Assembly: GCA_963667465.2 (NCBI GenBank)
Contig: CAXXDN010000002.1
Location: forward strand, 1,792,001 to 1,856,000
From: Dehalococcoidia bacterium
Lineage (GTDB): Bacteria > Chloroflexota > Dehalococcoidia > UBA2979
DNA length: 64,000 bases
Direction: 5' to 3'
In this document: piece by piece, positions 29,418 through 39,392 of the stretch
Layout of the letters: the number at the start of each line of letters is the position of its first letter
Position numbering within the stretch: position 1 is the first letter of the stretch
Position numbers and translations under genes: made by a program
Notes under the pieces: model-generated
What the model was told of the DNA's origin: nothing
What the model saw: the letters and a program-made list of their open reading frames with translations, nothing else
Databases searched by the model: none

Positions 29418-29445
29418 TAAACGCCGGTGCGCGGCGCACGGTTCC
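29418..29445 (-). promoter_or_regulatory. ECF-sigma-type promoter
   Basis: GGAACC-N16-CGTT upstream of the SIMPL gene. Confidence 0.55.
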
Positions 29446-29449
29446 ATCG

Positions 29450-30541
29450 TCACACCGCGCCACCCCGGCGTCTCCACAGGCCCAGCAGCAGCGTGAGACC
29501 GACGAGGGCGAGCGCGGCCACCAGCAGACCCTGTTCGGCTCTCCGCAGCGCTCGCGCGGCGTCGTCACCATCCCCGGCCTCGACCTGTACGGACTCGTCG
29601 GGGATCGCTGGCGTCACGGTGGCCGTGGCGGCGGGGACCGCCTCCGCTGCCGCGGCAGGAGTCGCCGCCTCGGAGGCGGCGCCGGCTTCGCCGGAGCCGT
29701 CCGCCGACTCGTCCGCAGCGGGAGTGGCAGCGGGAGTGGCAGCAGGCGCTTCTTCGGCGCTCGCCTCGGGCGCCCCGGCGGCGGCCTCCGGCAGCTCCTC
29801 GGCTGCGGGGGCGGCGGCGGCTTCATCCGGCTCGGCGCTGCGCGCAGCAACGCGGGATTCCCTTGTCACCGTCGGCAAGGCCGGCGCTGCGAGCGCGCTC
29901 GCAGCTGCGGTCGCCTCGGCAGTGGCCGCGGCGACCGCCGCGACGGTGGGCTGAGGCGTGGGGGCCGCTGCGACGGTGTCCGCCGCAGCCGGCGGCTGCG
30001 CGGTCGGGGCAGTCGAGGCGGCCTGCGTCGCCACAGATGTCGCCGTGGCGGCGGTCGCCGCCTGGCGGACCGCAGCCGGCGCGGCCTGTGGCGCGGCGCT
30101 TGCCTGCTCGCTCTCGCCGCTCCCGAAGCCAGGGCGAACCCCCCAGCCCTCGACGCCCTCGCCGCCGAGGCCCGCGATGTCGCCTGTGAGGACGATCGCG
30201 AAGGCCACGGCGGCCGCCACGGCGCCCATGCGGAACACCAGCTCCAGCCTGCCCGGCGTGCGGCGCGCGGCGGTGGGCGGCGCTTCCAGCGTGAAGGGGC
30301 GCGGCGCGCGCACCTCGCCCAGCGAGCCGAGCGCGTCGCGAACCGCCGCCAGCTCGTTGAGGCGGACCGCGAGCGTGGGATCGGCCTCGATGGCTTCATC
30401 CACGACGGCGGCCTCGTGCTCGTCGAGCTCGCCGTCGAGGTGGGCCGAAAGCTGTTCATCCCAGACCGCGGACACGTCGAGCGGCTCGGGGCATTCCTCG
30501 TCCCCGGCATCGCTACGGCGTCGCCAGCCCCAGAGGCGCAT
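29450..30541 (-). CDS. Membrane anti-sigma factor
   Basis: QLSAHLDGEL (zf-HC2-like, Cys ligands absent), TM helix, Ala-rich linker, C-terminal TM. Confidence 0.8.
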   Translation of the reverse strand: MRLWGWRRRSDAGDEECPEPLDVSAVWDEQLSAHLDGELDEHEAAVVDEAIEADPTLAVRLNELAAVRDALGSLGEVRAPRPFTLEAPPTAARRTPGRLELVFRMGAVAAAVAFAIVLTGDIAGLGGEGVEGWGVRPGFGSGESEQASAAPQAAPAAVRQAATAATATSVATQAASTAPTAQPPAAADTVAAAPTPQPTVAAVAAATAEATAAASALAAPALPTVTRESRVAARSAEPDEAAAAPAAEELPEAAAGAPEASAEEAPAATPAATPAADESADGSGEAGAASEAATPAAAAEAVPAATATVTPAIPDESVQVEAGDGDDAARALRRAEQGLLVAALALVGLTLLLGLWRRRGGAV

Positions 30542-30554
30542 CAGTTCACCTCTC

Positions 30555-31151
30555 TCAGCTCTTCCGACGCTGCGCGAGCCCGGGAAGTTCCCCGGACTCG
30601 ATCAGCAACTGGCGCAAACGCGCCCGCGCGCGGCTCAGCCGCGACTTCACGGTGCCGAGCGGCGCGTCCACGGCATCGGCGATCTCCTCGTAGGACATGC
30701 CATGCACGTCCGAGAGCAGCACCACCATCCGCCACTCCTCGGGCAGCTCGGCGATCGCGCGCTCCAGCACCCCTCGCAGCTCCGTCTGCTCCGCCCGCTC
30801 CTGCGGTCCCAGGCCCGGCTCGACCGGATCGATCGAGGCCATGTCGGCGTCGTCCCACGTCTCGTCGAGCGAGCGCTGCGGGCGGCGCTTGCGCCGTCGC
30901 AGTTCGTCGCGCGCCGCGTTGGCGACGATACGGAGCAGCCACGAGCGGAAGCGCTCGCCCCGGAAGGTGTCGATGGCGCGCCAGGCGCGGAGGAACGCCT
31001 CCTGCGTCACGTCCTCGGCGGCCTCGCGCGTGCGCAGAAAGCGGAGGGCGAGCGAGTAGGCGGCGTTCTGGTGGCGGATCACGAGCGTGTTGTACGCCGC
31101 GATTTCGCCACGCTGCGCCCGCCGGACGAGGTCCGGAACGTCGTCGCCCAC
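30555..31151 (-). CDS. ECF RNA polymerase sigma factor
   Basis: AEDVTQEAFLRAW, FRSWLLRIVAN, SYEEIA...LGTVKSRLSRAR; start uncertain. Confidence 0.93.
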   Translation of the reverse strand: MGDDVPDLVRRAQRGEIAAYNTLVIRHQNAAYSLALRFLRTREAAEDVTQEAFLRAWRAIDTFRGERFRSWLLRIVANAARDELRRRKRRPQRSLDETWDDADMASIDPVEPGLGPQERAEQTELRGVLERAIAELPEEWRMVVLLSDVHGMSYEEIADAVDAPLGTVKSRLSRARARLRQLLIESGELPGLAQRRKS

Positions 31152-31275
31152 GTGGTGTCGTTGCGCCGCCAAGGGTCGGTTCGTGTTCGCTCCATCCCGC
31201 CTCGGCGAGCCTAGCACGCGTCCGCCCTCATGGCCCCGCGCACCGCGCAGCGGCGATCCGTGTGAAGATCGGCGC

Positions 31276-32106
31276 ATGACGCTTGCCGGAGGCCGCGAGT
31301 TGCTGGCCGATGCGGAACGGGGCGGCTACGCCGTGCCCGGCTTCAACGTCTCCAACCTCGAACTCGCGCTCGGCGTGCTCGACGCCGCCGAGGCGCGCCG
31401 CTCGCCGGTGCTGCTGCAGTTCAACCCCGGCAACCTCGAGCACTTCGGAGGCGTCGCCGTCGCCGCCGCGACCGCGCGCACGCTTGCCGATCGGACGCGC
31501 GTGCCCGTAGCCGTGCATCTCGACCACGGCCACGATCTCGAACTGGTGCGCGAGGCCGCGCGCGCCGGCTTCAGCTCGCTCATGTACGACGGCTCAATCA
31601 AGCCGCTGGACCTCAACATCCGCGAGACGCGCGAAGCCGCCGTGGTCGCGCTCGAGCACGGCGTCGCCCTCGAGGCCGAACTCGGCCACGTCGGCGGGCG
31701 CGAGCCGGGCGTCGTCACCTCGGAGTCCGTGCTCACGGACCCCACGGCGGCGCGCCGCTTCGTCGAGGAGACGCAGGTCGACGCGCTCGCCGTCTCGGTC
31801 GGCACGGCGCACGGGCTGGCCGGCGCCGTCGACCTGGCGCTGCTGCGCGAGCTGCGGGCGGCGGTGCGCGGGCTGCCGCTGGTGCTGCACGGCGGCTCCG
31901 GCGTGCCGCCCCGACAGCTGCGCGACTGCGTGCGCGCGGGCATCCGCAAGCTCAACGTCAGCACGGAGATCCACGCCGCCTTCGCACGCGCCATCGCCGC
32001 ATCCGGCGATCGCGATCCGCGGCCGGCGTTGCTGGAGGGGCGCGCCGCCGTCGCCGCCGTGGCGGGGGAGCGAATGGACGCCCTCGGCTCAGCCTTGCGG
32101 GCCTGA
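31276..32106 (+). CDS. fba: Class II fructose/tagatose-bisphosphate aldolase
   Basis: VHLDHG, SLMYDGS, EAELGHVGG, VGTAHG, LVLHGGSG, KLNV. Confidence 0.9.
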   Translation: MTLAGGRELLADAERGGYAVPGFNVSNLELALGVLDAAEARRSPVLLQFNPGNLEHFGGVAVAAATARTLADRTRVPVAVHLDHGHDLELVREAARAGFSSLMYDGSIKPLDLNIRETREAAVVALEHGVALEAELGHVGGREPGVVTSESVLTDPTAARRFVEETQVDALAVSVGTAHGLAGAVDLALLRELRAAVRGLPLVLHGGSGVPPRQLRDCVRAGIRKLNVSTEIHAAFARAIAASGDRDPRPALLEGRAAVAAVAGERMDALGSALRA

Positions 32107-32191
32107 GCGGGTCTGAGCAGGCACGAGGCGGGAGCCGGTTCGCGATTCCCGTGCGGCTTCCTGTAGAGGGTGCGTGGGTATACTCGATGCG

Positions 32192-33007
32192 ATGGTGAAT
32201 CAGCCGCCGGCGGACCCGGGCAGGCCTCCCCAGCACCTCGATCCGCGCGAGCCGGCCGGCGCGCGGCCACCTGTCCGCGCCCTCAGCTTCGCGCACGCGC
32301 CCAGCCACGGCGGCCTTGCGGAGCGCGACCCCTGGGCTCCGCCGCTCGAGCCCCCGGACCCGGCTCCCGACGAGCGCAGCACGCTGCAACGAATCTGGCC
32401 GTTCGGGCTGCGCGGCCTCAGCGAAACCCTCGAGGTGATCGCGCTCGCCCTGCTGATGTTCATCGTCGTGCGCGGCGTCGCGCAGAACTTCATCGTCGAC
32501 GGCGGCTCGATGGAGCCGAGCTTCCAGCACGCCGACATGGTTGTGGTGAACAAGCTCGCCTATCGCACCTTCGACTTCTCCTGGCTGCCCCTCGTCGAGG
32601 AGAACGCCTGGCAGCCCTTCGGCGCGATCGAGCAGGGCGACGTCGTCGTCTTCGCCTTCCCGCTCGGCCAGGACCGTGACTTCATCAAGCGCGTGGTCGC
32701 GCTGCCCGGACAGACCGTCGAGGTAAGCGATGGGAGCGTGATCGTGGACGGGGCCATACTGGACGAGCCCTATCTGCTGCACGCCCCCAGCTACTCGTTC
32801 AGCCCGCAGACGGTCCCCGCTGGCCACGTCTTCGTCCTCGGCGACGCGCGCAACAACTCCTACGACTCGCACTCCTGGGGGATGCTCCACCAGGGCCTGA
32901 TCGTCGGCCGTGCCGAGCTGCGCTACTGGCCGCTCGGCCGCTTCGGCATCGTCGGCCACGAGGAGCCCGTCGCACAGCTCGGCGTCGAAGTGAGTTACTC
33001 CCCGTGA
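32192..33007 (+). CDS. lepB: Signal peptidase I
   Basis: GSMEP, FIKRVVALPG, GDARNNSYDSH; TATACT 7 nt before ATG (leaderless-type). Confidence 0.93.
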   Translation: MVNQPPADPGRPPQHLDPREPAGARPPVRALSFAHAPSHGGLAERDPWAPPLEPPDPAPDERSTLQRIWPFGLRGLSETLEVIALALLMFIVVRGVAQNFIVDGGSMEPSFQHADMVVVNKLAYRTFDFSWLPLVEENAWQPFGAIEQGDVVVFAFPLGQDRDFIKRVVALPGQTVEVSDGSVIVDGAILDEPYLLHAPSYSFSPQTVPAGHVFVLGDARNNSYDSHSWGMLHQGLIVGRAELRYWPLGRFGIVGHEEPVAQLGVEVSYSP

Positions 33008-33582
33008 CGACCGACGAGGCGTCCGACCCCGCGGTGATCGCCGCCTTCGAGGAGAGCGGCGCCTTCCTCGACGGTCACTTCCAGCTCGCCTCCGGCCGCC
33101 ACGCCGGCCGTTACGTCGAGAAGTTCAACCTGCTGCAGTGGCCGGACCGCACCGCCGAGATCTGCGCGCGCCTCGCCGACGCGGCGCGCGACCTGGACCC
33201 GCAAACCGTGGCCGGCCCCACCACCGGCGGCGTGATCCTCGCCTACGAGCTGGCCCGCCAGCTCGGTGTGCGCGGGATCATCGCCGAGCGCCGCGAAGAC
33301 GGGCCCGGCCGCGCGATCCAGCGCGACTTCCGCCTCAGCCCCGGCGAGCGCGTGCTGATCGCCGACGACGTGGTCACCAGCGGCGGCTCCGTCCACGACA
33401 CGATCGAGGCCGTGCGCGAGGCCGGCGGCGAGCCCGTCGGCGTCACCGTGCTGGTCGACCGCTCGAGCGGGCGCGCCGACTTCGGCCTGCCTTTCTTCGC
33501 CGCCGCCACGCTCGACATCGAGAGCTGGGCGCCCGCCGACTGTCCGCTTTGCCCCGAAGGCGTCCCGCTCACGATCACCTAG
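33004..33582 (+). CDS. pyrE: Orotate phosphoribosyltransferase
   Basis: GHFQLASGRH, VLIADDVVTSGGS, VDRS, CPLC. Confidence 0.93.
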   Translation: MTTDEASDPAVIAAFEESGAFLDGHFQLASGRHAGRYVEKFNLLQWPDRTAEICARLADAARDLDPQTVAGPTTGGVILAYELARQLGVRGIIAERREDGPGRAIQRDFRLSPGERVLIADDVVTSGGSVHDTIEAVREAGGEPVGVTVLVDRSSGRADFGLPFFAAATLDIESWAPADCPLCPEGVPLTIT

Positions 33583-33648
33583 CCGCGCGCAGGCCGCGCT
33601 CGTACGCCCTCGCCTGCTAGAGTGCCGCTCGCGAGGACGGAGGCAGCG

Positions 33649-34572
33649 GTGCGATTCAGCGTCCAGACCGGGCAGCAGAACATCGAGTGGGACGAGCTCT
33701 CCGAGTCATGGCAGCGCATCGAGGCGCTCGGCTACGACGGCGCCTGGACGATCGACCACTTCCTGCCGACCGGCACACGCGACACCGAGGGGCCCTGCAT
33801 GGACGGCTGGGTGGTGCTCGCAGCGCTCGCCGCGGAGACGGAGCGGCTGCGCTTCGGCACGCTGGTGACGGGCAACCTGTTCCGCAACCCCGCGCTGCTC
33901 GCCAAGACCGCGACGACGATCGACCAGATTTCGGGCGGGCGGCTGGAGTTCGGCATCGGCGCGGGCAACAACCCGCTCGAGCACGCGGCCTACGGCTGGC
34001 CGTTCCCCTCCGCGCGCGAACGCCTCGATCGCCTCGACGAGGCACTGCAGCTGATCCGGCTGCTCTGGTCGGACGAGGAGGAAGTCTCCTTCGAGGGCGA
34101 GTACTACAGCCTCAGCCAGGCCCCGTTCCGTCCTGCCCCGGTGCAGCGGCCGCACCCGCCGATCCTCGTAGGCGGCGCGGGCGAGCGGCGCACGCTCAAC
34201 ATCGTCGCTCGCCACGCCGACGCCTGGAACGGCGTCGGCGCCGCCGCCGACCTCGCCCCGAAGGTCGAGGTGCTGAAGCAACACTGCAACGACGTGGGCC
34301 GGCGCTTCGAGGAGATCCGGCTGACCGCAGGCACGCCGCTGATCCCGGACGCGATCTACGAGCGCTGGACGGAGCGCACCGCCGGGCGGCGCGGCATCTC
34401 CGTCGAGGAGCAGCGCGCCCAGACCATCGGCGGCCCGCCCGAGTCGATGCAGGCAGCGGTGCAGAGCTACGCCGACGGCGGCTTCGACGAGGTGATCCTC
34501 ATGATGAACACCCCCTACGACTGGCCCGCCATCGAGCGCTTCGCCTCGGAGGTCGCTCCGGCGTTCCGGTAG
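33649..34572 (+). CDS. LLM-class (probably F420-dependent) oxidoreductase
   Basis: DHF, LVTGNLFRNPALLAK, SGGRLEFGIGAG, PPILVGGAGE. Confidence 0.9.
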   Translation: MRFSVQTGQQNIEWDELSESWQRIEALGYDGAWTIDHFLPTGTRDTEGPCMDGWVVLAALAAETERLRFGTLVTGNLFRNPALLAKTATTIDQISGGRLEFGIGAGNNPLEHAAYGWPFPSARERLDRLDEALQLIRLLWSDEEEVSFEGEYYSLSQAPFRPAPVQRPHPPILVGGAGERRTLNIVARHADAWNGVGAAADLAPKVEVLKQHCNDVGRRFEEIRLTAGTPLIPDAIYERWTERTAGRRGISVEEQRAQTIGGPPESMQAAVQSYADGGFDEVILMMNTPYDWPAIERFASEVAPAFR

Positions 34573-34579
34573 CCGGCGG

Positions 34580-35044
34580 CTATCGAGACGTATCCGATCG
34601 GCCGCCTGTTCCACTGCTGAGCGCCGATTCTTGCGCCGGAGCGGCAATCACCTGCAAGCGCTTCCCGATCGCTCCGAGGGCGGCGTCCATCTGATCCAAT
34701 CGCGAGTGGTGGTTCACGTCGAGCACACGGTCCACTTGCGGCATGTGCCAGCCCAGGCGACGTGCAAGTTCCGCCTTACCGACCCCCTGATCCCGCATTC
34801 CCTGGTAGAGCATCACCTTGACCGAGGTGAGGGTCGGCAGCACGGCAGAGATTTCGCCTCGAGAGGGTGCGGGAATGTCCCTCCGGTCGTGGATGCGGGC
34901 AGCGATTGCCTCTTCGAGCGCGTCTCCGGCGCGAGCGAGGGCTTCCTCGCGGTCGTCGCCGAACGTGGTCAGTTCCGGGAAGTCGGGCGACGTAGCCAGC
35001 ACGGCGCCATGATCGTCCTCAAGTACGATCGGGTAGGCGAGCAT
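34580..35044 (-). CDS. hicB: HicB-family antitoxin
   Basis: PDFPELTTFGDDREEAL, C-terminal HTH KAELARRLG. Confidence 0.9.
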   Translation of the reverse strand: MLAYPIVLEDDHGAVLATSPDFPELTTFGDDREEALARAGDALEEAIAARIHDRRDIPAPSRGEISAVLPTLTSVKVMLYQGMRDQGVGKAELARRLGWHMPQVDRVLDVNHHSRLDQMDAALGAIGKRLQVIAAPAQESALSSGTGGRSDTSR

Positions 35045-35232
35045 CAGTTAAGCCCCAGGTCCTTCTTGATCTTGGCGACGAGCCCCCGGCCCAACTCCTT
35101 GCGGCCGCCGTGCATCGGCAACTGGCTGGTCCGGTCGCCCCGCCGGACGGTGAGGTGGCCGCTGCCGCCCTTGTGGGTATGAAACGTGCAGCCCTGCCTG
35201 CTCAGCCAGCGGCGGAATTCCCGCGCGTTCAT
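35044..35232 (-). CDS. hicA: HicA-family toxin
   Basis: GGSGH, LPMHG, IKKDLGL; 62 aa; stop overlaps the hicB start. Confidence 0.9.
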   Translation of the reverse strand: MNAREFRRWLSRQGCTFHTHKGGSGHLTVRRGDRTSQLPMHGGRKELGRGLVAKIKKDLGLN

Positions 35233-35239
35233 CGATCAG

Positions 35240-35269
35240 ACCGTACACAACACTTCTGTTGCTTGTCAA
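35240..35269 (-). promoter_or_regulatory. hicAB promoter with operator (leaderless-type)
   Basis: TTGACA-N18-TACGGT, 7 nt before ATG; palindrome CAACA-N4-TGTTG 35248-35261. Confidence 0.7.
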
Positions 35270-35434
35270 TCCACCTGCTGCACCCCACCCGGCAGCAAGC
35301 ACACCCGGCCACTCCGACCCCTCCCCCGCTTGACGCGCCGCGCGCGGGCGCACCACCATCGGGCGCAGCCATCCCGCGCGTGGAGGGCGGTGCGCTTGAG
35401 CGGGTCGAACGGACAGCGACCGGATGCGGACGCC

Positions 35435-36613
35435 GTGGGCGAGACGCCCGCAGCCATCGAGGGCGTGCGCGTCGTCGAGATCGCGGCGGGGCGCGCCGTC
35501 GCCTACTGCTCGCAACTGCTCGCACAGTTCGGCGCCGAGGTGATCCGCATCGAGCCGCCCGGCGGCGATGCGATCCGCCTCGCGGGCCCGTTCACCGGCG
35601 ATGAGCCCGACGCCGACGGCGGCGGACTGCACGCCGCCATCAACCGCGGCAAGCGCAGCGTCGTGCTCGACCTCGAACGCGACGAGGAGGCGGCGCTCGC
35701 GGCCCGGCTGATCGAGGGCGCGGACCTGCTGCTCTCCGACTGGCGCGAGGGCGAGCGGGTGTCCTCGGAGCTGCCGCTCGGCGATCCGGATCGCTGGGGC
35801 GAGCGCTTCCCGGAGACGACCTTCGTCTCGATCTCCGACTTCGGCATGACCGGGCCGTACGCCTCCTGGCACGCCGACAGTCACATCATCGAGGGCCTCG
35901 CCGGGTTCTCCTACGTGAGCGGCGACCCGGACCGCGAGCCGCTCAGCGCGGGCATCGAGATCAGCGACTACTTCGCGGCAACGCACGCGACCATCGCTGC
36001 GCTCGCCGCCGTCGCCGCGGCGCGGCGGGGCGAACGGGCACACGTCGTCGACATCTCCGCGCACGAGGCACTGACGATGACGGACGACCACAACCTCGTG
36101 GTCTGGCTCGGCTCGGGCGTGGTGCGGAAGCGCTACTACTCGCGGATCCTGCCCGGCTACCCGAACGACATCATGGCCTGCAAGGACGGCTACATCGCCT
36201 TCGTGCCGGTCGGCACGGGTCACCACGACTTCGCCGGGGTGATCTCGACGCTGCTCGAGCGGCCGGACATGAAGGACAGCCCGATCTTCACGGAGACACA
36301 GACGCGCAACCTCCGCTGGCGCGAGTTCGACGCCGTCGCCCTGCCCTGGCTGGCCCGCCACACCCGCGAGGAGATCTTCCAGCGCGCCGGCGAGCTGGGG
36401 CTCGGCTTCGGCACCGTCCCGGACGTCGAGGACCTGCTCGGCGACCACCACCTCGCGGAGCGCGACTACTGGGATGACGGGCCGGATGGCGCGAAGCTGA
36501 CCGGCGCGGGCGCGATTATGTCGGCTACGCCCCAGCGCTTCGGACCCGCGCCCGCCCTCGACGCCGACGGCGAGGCGCTGCGCGCGAGCGCGGCGGCGGA
36601 GGGAGCGGACTGA
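35435..36613 (+). CDS. Family III CoA-transferase (CaiB/BaiF)
   Basis: GAEVIRIEPPGGD, NRGKRSVVLDL, ISDFGMTGPY; start approximate. Confidence 0.9.
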   Translation: MGETPAAIEGVRVVEIAAGRAVAYCSQLLAQFGAEVIRIEPPGGDAIRLAGPFTGDEPDADGGGLHAAINRGKRSVVLDLERDEEAALAARLIEGADLLLSDWREGERVSSELPLGDPDRWGERFPETTFVSISDFGMTGPYASWHADSHIIEGLAGFSYVSGDPDREPLSAGIEISDYFAATHATIAALAAVAAARRGERAHVVDISAHEALTMTDDHNLVVWLGSGVVRKRYYSRILPGYPNDIMACKDGYIAFVPVGTGHHDFAGVISTLLERPDMKDSPIFTETQTRNLRWREFDAVALPWLARHTREEIFQRAGELGLGFGTVPDVEDLLGDHHLAERDYWDDGPDGAKLTGAGAIMSATPQRFGPAPALDADGEALRASAAAEGAD

Positions 36614-36614
36614 G

Positions 36615-37955
36615 ATGCGCTTCTTCGACGAGCTCAAGGTCGTCGCGCTGACGCAGGGCTGGGTCGGGCCGCTGGCGACGCGCATCCTCTCCGACCTCGG
36701 GTCGAACATGGTGCGCGTCGAGCGGGCGTTCACGCCGGGCGGGAACTACGGCAACCGCACGCTCTTCCCGCCTCGCAACGACATCACGGGCGAGGTCTGG
36801 AACCGCAACATCTACTTCACTGTCCGCAACGCCGGCACGCGCTCTGCGATGATCGACCTCGGGCAGGAGGAGGGCCGCGCGCTGGTGCGGCGGCTCATCT
36901 CCCAGGCCGACGTGGCCGTCGAGAACTTCATGCCCGGCGTCGTCGCCCGCCTCGGCTTTGACTTCAAGGAGCTGCACGAGGAGTTCCCGAGCCTGATCCT
37001 GCTCCACCTGAGCGGCTTCGGGCAGACCGGCCCCAACGCCTTCCGCCCGGCCAACGGCATGACGATGGAACCCGCCTCGGGCGTGCCGACGGTGACCGGC
37101 TACCGCGGCGAGGGCCCGACCAAGACCGGCCAGACCTGGGTCGACCCCTACTCGGGGCTGCACGGGGCGGCCGCCCTCGTCGCCGCACTGATCCACCGCG
37201 ACCGCACGGGCGAGGGCCAGATCATCGATGTCTCGATGCAGGAGGCGACGCTGCCGGTCCTCGAGTCGCAGTTCGCCGACTACCAGCGCAACGGCCGCCA
37301 CCAGACGCGCGATGGAAATCGCCGGCCGGGCATGGTGCGCGGCGCCTACCCCTGCGCGGGCGACGACGACTGGGTGGCGATCTCGTTGCGCGACGAGGCC
37401 GAGTGGCAGGCCTTCTGCCGCGCGAGCGGCCACGCAGCCTGGCTGAACGACCCGCGCTTCGCCGACGCCGCCTCGCGCACGGCGCACCACGACGCCCTCG
37501 ACGAGCTGATCGCGGCCTGGACGCGGGGGCGCGACAAGTTCGAGATTGCCGCCCTGCTGCAGGCGGCGAGCGCTCCGGCAGGTCCGGTCCTCAAGGCCGA
37601 CGAGTTGACCGCGGACCCGCACCTGGCCGCGCGCGAGTTCTTCGACGACCTGCAGATCGGCGACTTCGGGCGGGTGCCGATCCAGCGCTACCTGCCGGCG
37701 AAGTTCGACGGCGAGGGCGTCCCCGCCAGGGGACCGGCGCCGCACCTCGGGGAGGACACGGACGCGGTGCTGGCGGAGTTGGGGCTGAGCGAAGCGGAGA
37801 TCGAGGACCTGCACGAGCGGCGCATCGCCGACCGCGCCTCCGACCTGCACTCGGACCCCGTCGCACGCGAGGGCACGCAGCTCCCGTTCGAGGACTACGA
37901 GGCGATGGGCTCGGTCCTGCGCATCGACCGCGACTACGCGCCGAAGCCGCTGTAA
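36615..37955 (+). CDS. Family III CoA-transferase
   Basis: WVGP, ENFMPG, SGFGQTGP, WVDPYSG, APHLGEDT. Confidence 0.9.
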   Translation: MRFFDELKVVALTQGWVGPLATRILSDLGSNMVRVERAFTPGGNYGNRTLFPPRNDITGEVWNRNIYFTVRNAGTRSAMIDLGQEEGRALVRRLISQADVAVENFMPGVVARLGFDFKELHEEFPSLILLHLSGFGQTGPNAFRPANGMTMEPASGVPTVTGYRGEGPTKTGQTWVDPYSGLHGAAALVAALIHRDRTGEGQIIDVSMQEATLPVLESQFADYQRNGRHQTRDGNRRPGMVRGAYPCAGDDDWVAISLRDEAEWQAFCRASGHAAWLNDPRFADAASRTAHHDALDELIAAWTRGRDKFEIAALLQAASAPAGPVLKADELTADPHLAAREFFDDLQIGDFGRVPIQRYLPAKFDGEGVPARGPAPHLGEDTDAVLAELGLSEAEIEDLHERRIADRASDLHSDPVAREGTQLPFEDYEAMGSVLRIDRDYAPKPL

Positions 37956-38035
37956 CGTCCGGCAGGCCACAGCCTGTCGTTCCGCGATTCACTTACCGGC
38001 CGCAGCCTGTACATGGCCCTCGGAGCGCCGCGCGC

Positions 38036-39268
38036 TCAGACGATGTTGCGCTGCCGGAGGATCACCACGTCCTCGGGCGTGTAGCCGAGCTCGGAGGTCA
38101 ATACCTCGCTGGTGTGCTCGCCGAGCAGCGGCGCGCGGCGCAGCGCGCCCGGCGTGCCGTGCATGCGAATGGGCAGTCCGGGGAACTCGAAGGCTCCAGC
38201 CTCGGGGTGCTCGATCGTGGTGATGAACTCGCGCTCGCGGAGGTGGGGGTCGGCGAAGACGTCCGCCATCGTGTTGATCGCGCCGACGGGGAGGCCCACT
38301 TCCTGCGCCTCCTCCATCACCTGTTGCTTCGTGCGCTCCAGCAGCCACGGGTAGACCAGCGCGTCGAGGTCCCCGCCGTGCTCGATGTGCTCGAGCCGCG
38401 CGAGCGTCTCCTCGTCGTCAATCAGGTCGGGGCGTCCGATCATGCGGCAGAAGCGGTCCCACCACTGCAGCGTGCCGTTGATGAACACGTAGCCGTCCTG
38501 GCAGGGGTAGACGCCTCGCGGGATGGCGTTGCGCCGCAACTCGCGCATGCGCAGGTGCATCAGCGAGCCCGAGTACTGCCAGGCGACGAGGTTCGGCCCG
38601 CCTCGATCCATCGAGGCGCTGAGCACGTCCTGGATCGAGACGTCGACGGTCTGCCCTTCGCCGTCGCGGTCCGCCGCCAGCAGCGCGCCGAACGCCATCG
38701 CCGCGGCGACGGCCCCCGCAAGAAAGAGCGGCGCGTAGAGCCCGATCTTGATCGGCTCGCGCTCCGGCACGCCCGTGATCTGCAGCACCCCGCCCGTGGC
38801 GTAGAGCAGCATGTCGTCGGCCTCGAAGTCCCGGTACGGGCCGTACTGCCCGAAGTTGGAGATGCGAATCAGCGAGGCCCCCGGACGCAGCGCGGCGAGC
38901 CGCTCCTCGTCGAGCCCGAGCCGTTCGAGGGCGCCAGGCCGGAAGCTCTCGACGACGAGGTCCGCGCTCGCGGCGAGGCGTTGCAGGATGCGCTGCCCGC
39001 TCGCGGTCTTGAGGTTGAGCGTGACGCTGCGCTTGCCTGTGTTGATGTGGAGGAAGACGCCGCCCCGCTCCGGATGCGGCTCGTCGTCCGGGAAGGGACC
39101 GCTGCGGCGCGCGGGATCACCGCCGTCCGGGCGCTCGATCTTGATCACGTCCGCGCCGTAGTCGGCATAGAGCTTCGTCGCGTACGGCCCGGCCACACCC
39201 TGCGTCAGATCGAGGATGCGCAGGCCCTCGAGGGGCGGTCCCTGCGCCTCGCGTTCGGAGTCCGCCAT
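38036..39268 (-). CDS. Family III CoA-transferase (catalytic Asp apparently absent)
   Basis: VAGPYATK, GADVIKIE, NTGKRSVTLNL, APLLGEHT. Confidence 0.9.
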   Translation of the reverse strand: MADSEREAQGPPLEGLRILDLTQGVAGPYATKLYADYGADVIKIERPDGGDPARRSGPFPDDEPHPERGGVFLHINTGKRSVTLNLKTASGQRILQRLAASADLVVESFRPGALERLGLDEERLAALRPGASLIRISNFGQYGPYRDFEADDMLLYATGGVLQITGVPEREPIKIGLYAPLFLAGAVAAAMAFGALLAADRDGEGQTVDVSIQDVLSASMDRGGPNLVAWQYSGSLMHLRMRELRRNAIPRGVYPCQDGYVFINGTLQWWDRFCRMIGRPDLIDDEETLARLEHIEHGGDLDALVYPWLLERTKQQVMEEAQEVGLPVGAINTMADVFADPHLREREFITTIEHPEAGAFEFPGLPIRMHGTPGALRRAPLLGEHTSEVLTSELGYTPEDVVILRQRNIV

Positions 39269-39392
39269 CGCCGCCGCCGCCTCCCGACCCGCGCCGCGCG
39301 AGGCTAGCCGGTCGCCGCCCAGGCTGTCGACCGGCGCGCACCCGCTAGAATCGCAGGGACGCGGCAGCGCGGAGCAGAAGAGGCGGGCGGCG

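Noticed and set aside
29600-30110. Ala/Pro/Thr-rich low-complexity repeats in the anti-sigma gene (similar linkers in the vWA and ABC lipoproteins)
   Set aside because: Ordinary flexible linker coding sequence, not a separate element.
34580-35269. hicAB as a repeat-flanked cassette like higBA
   Set aside because: No flanking direct repeat found by eye; treated as an ordinary TA locus.
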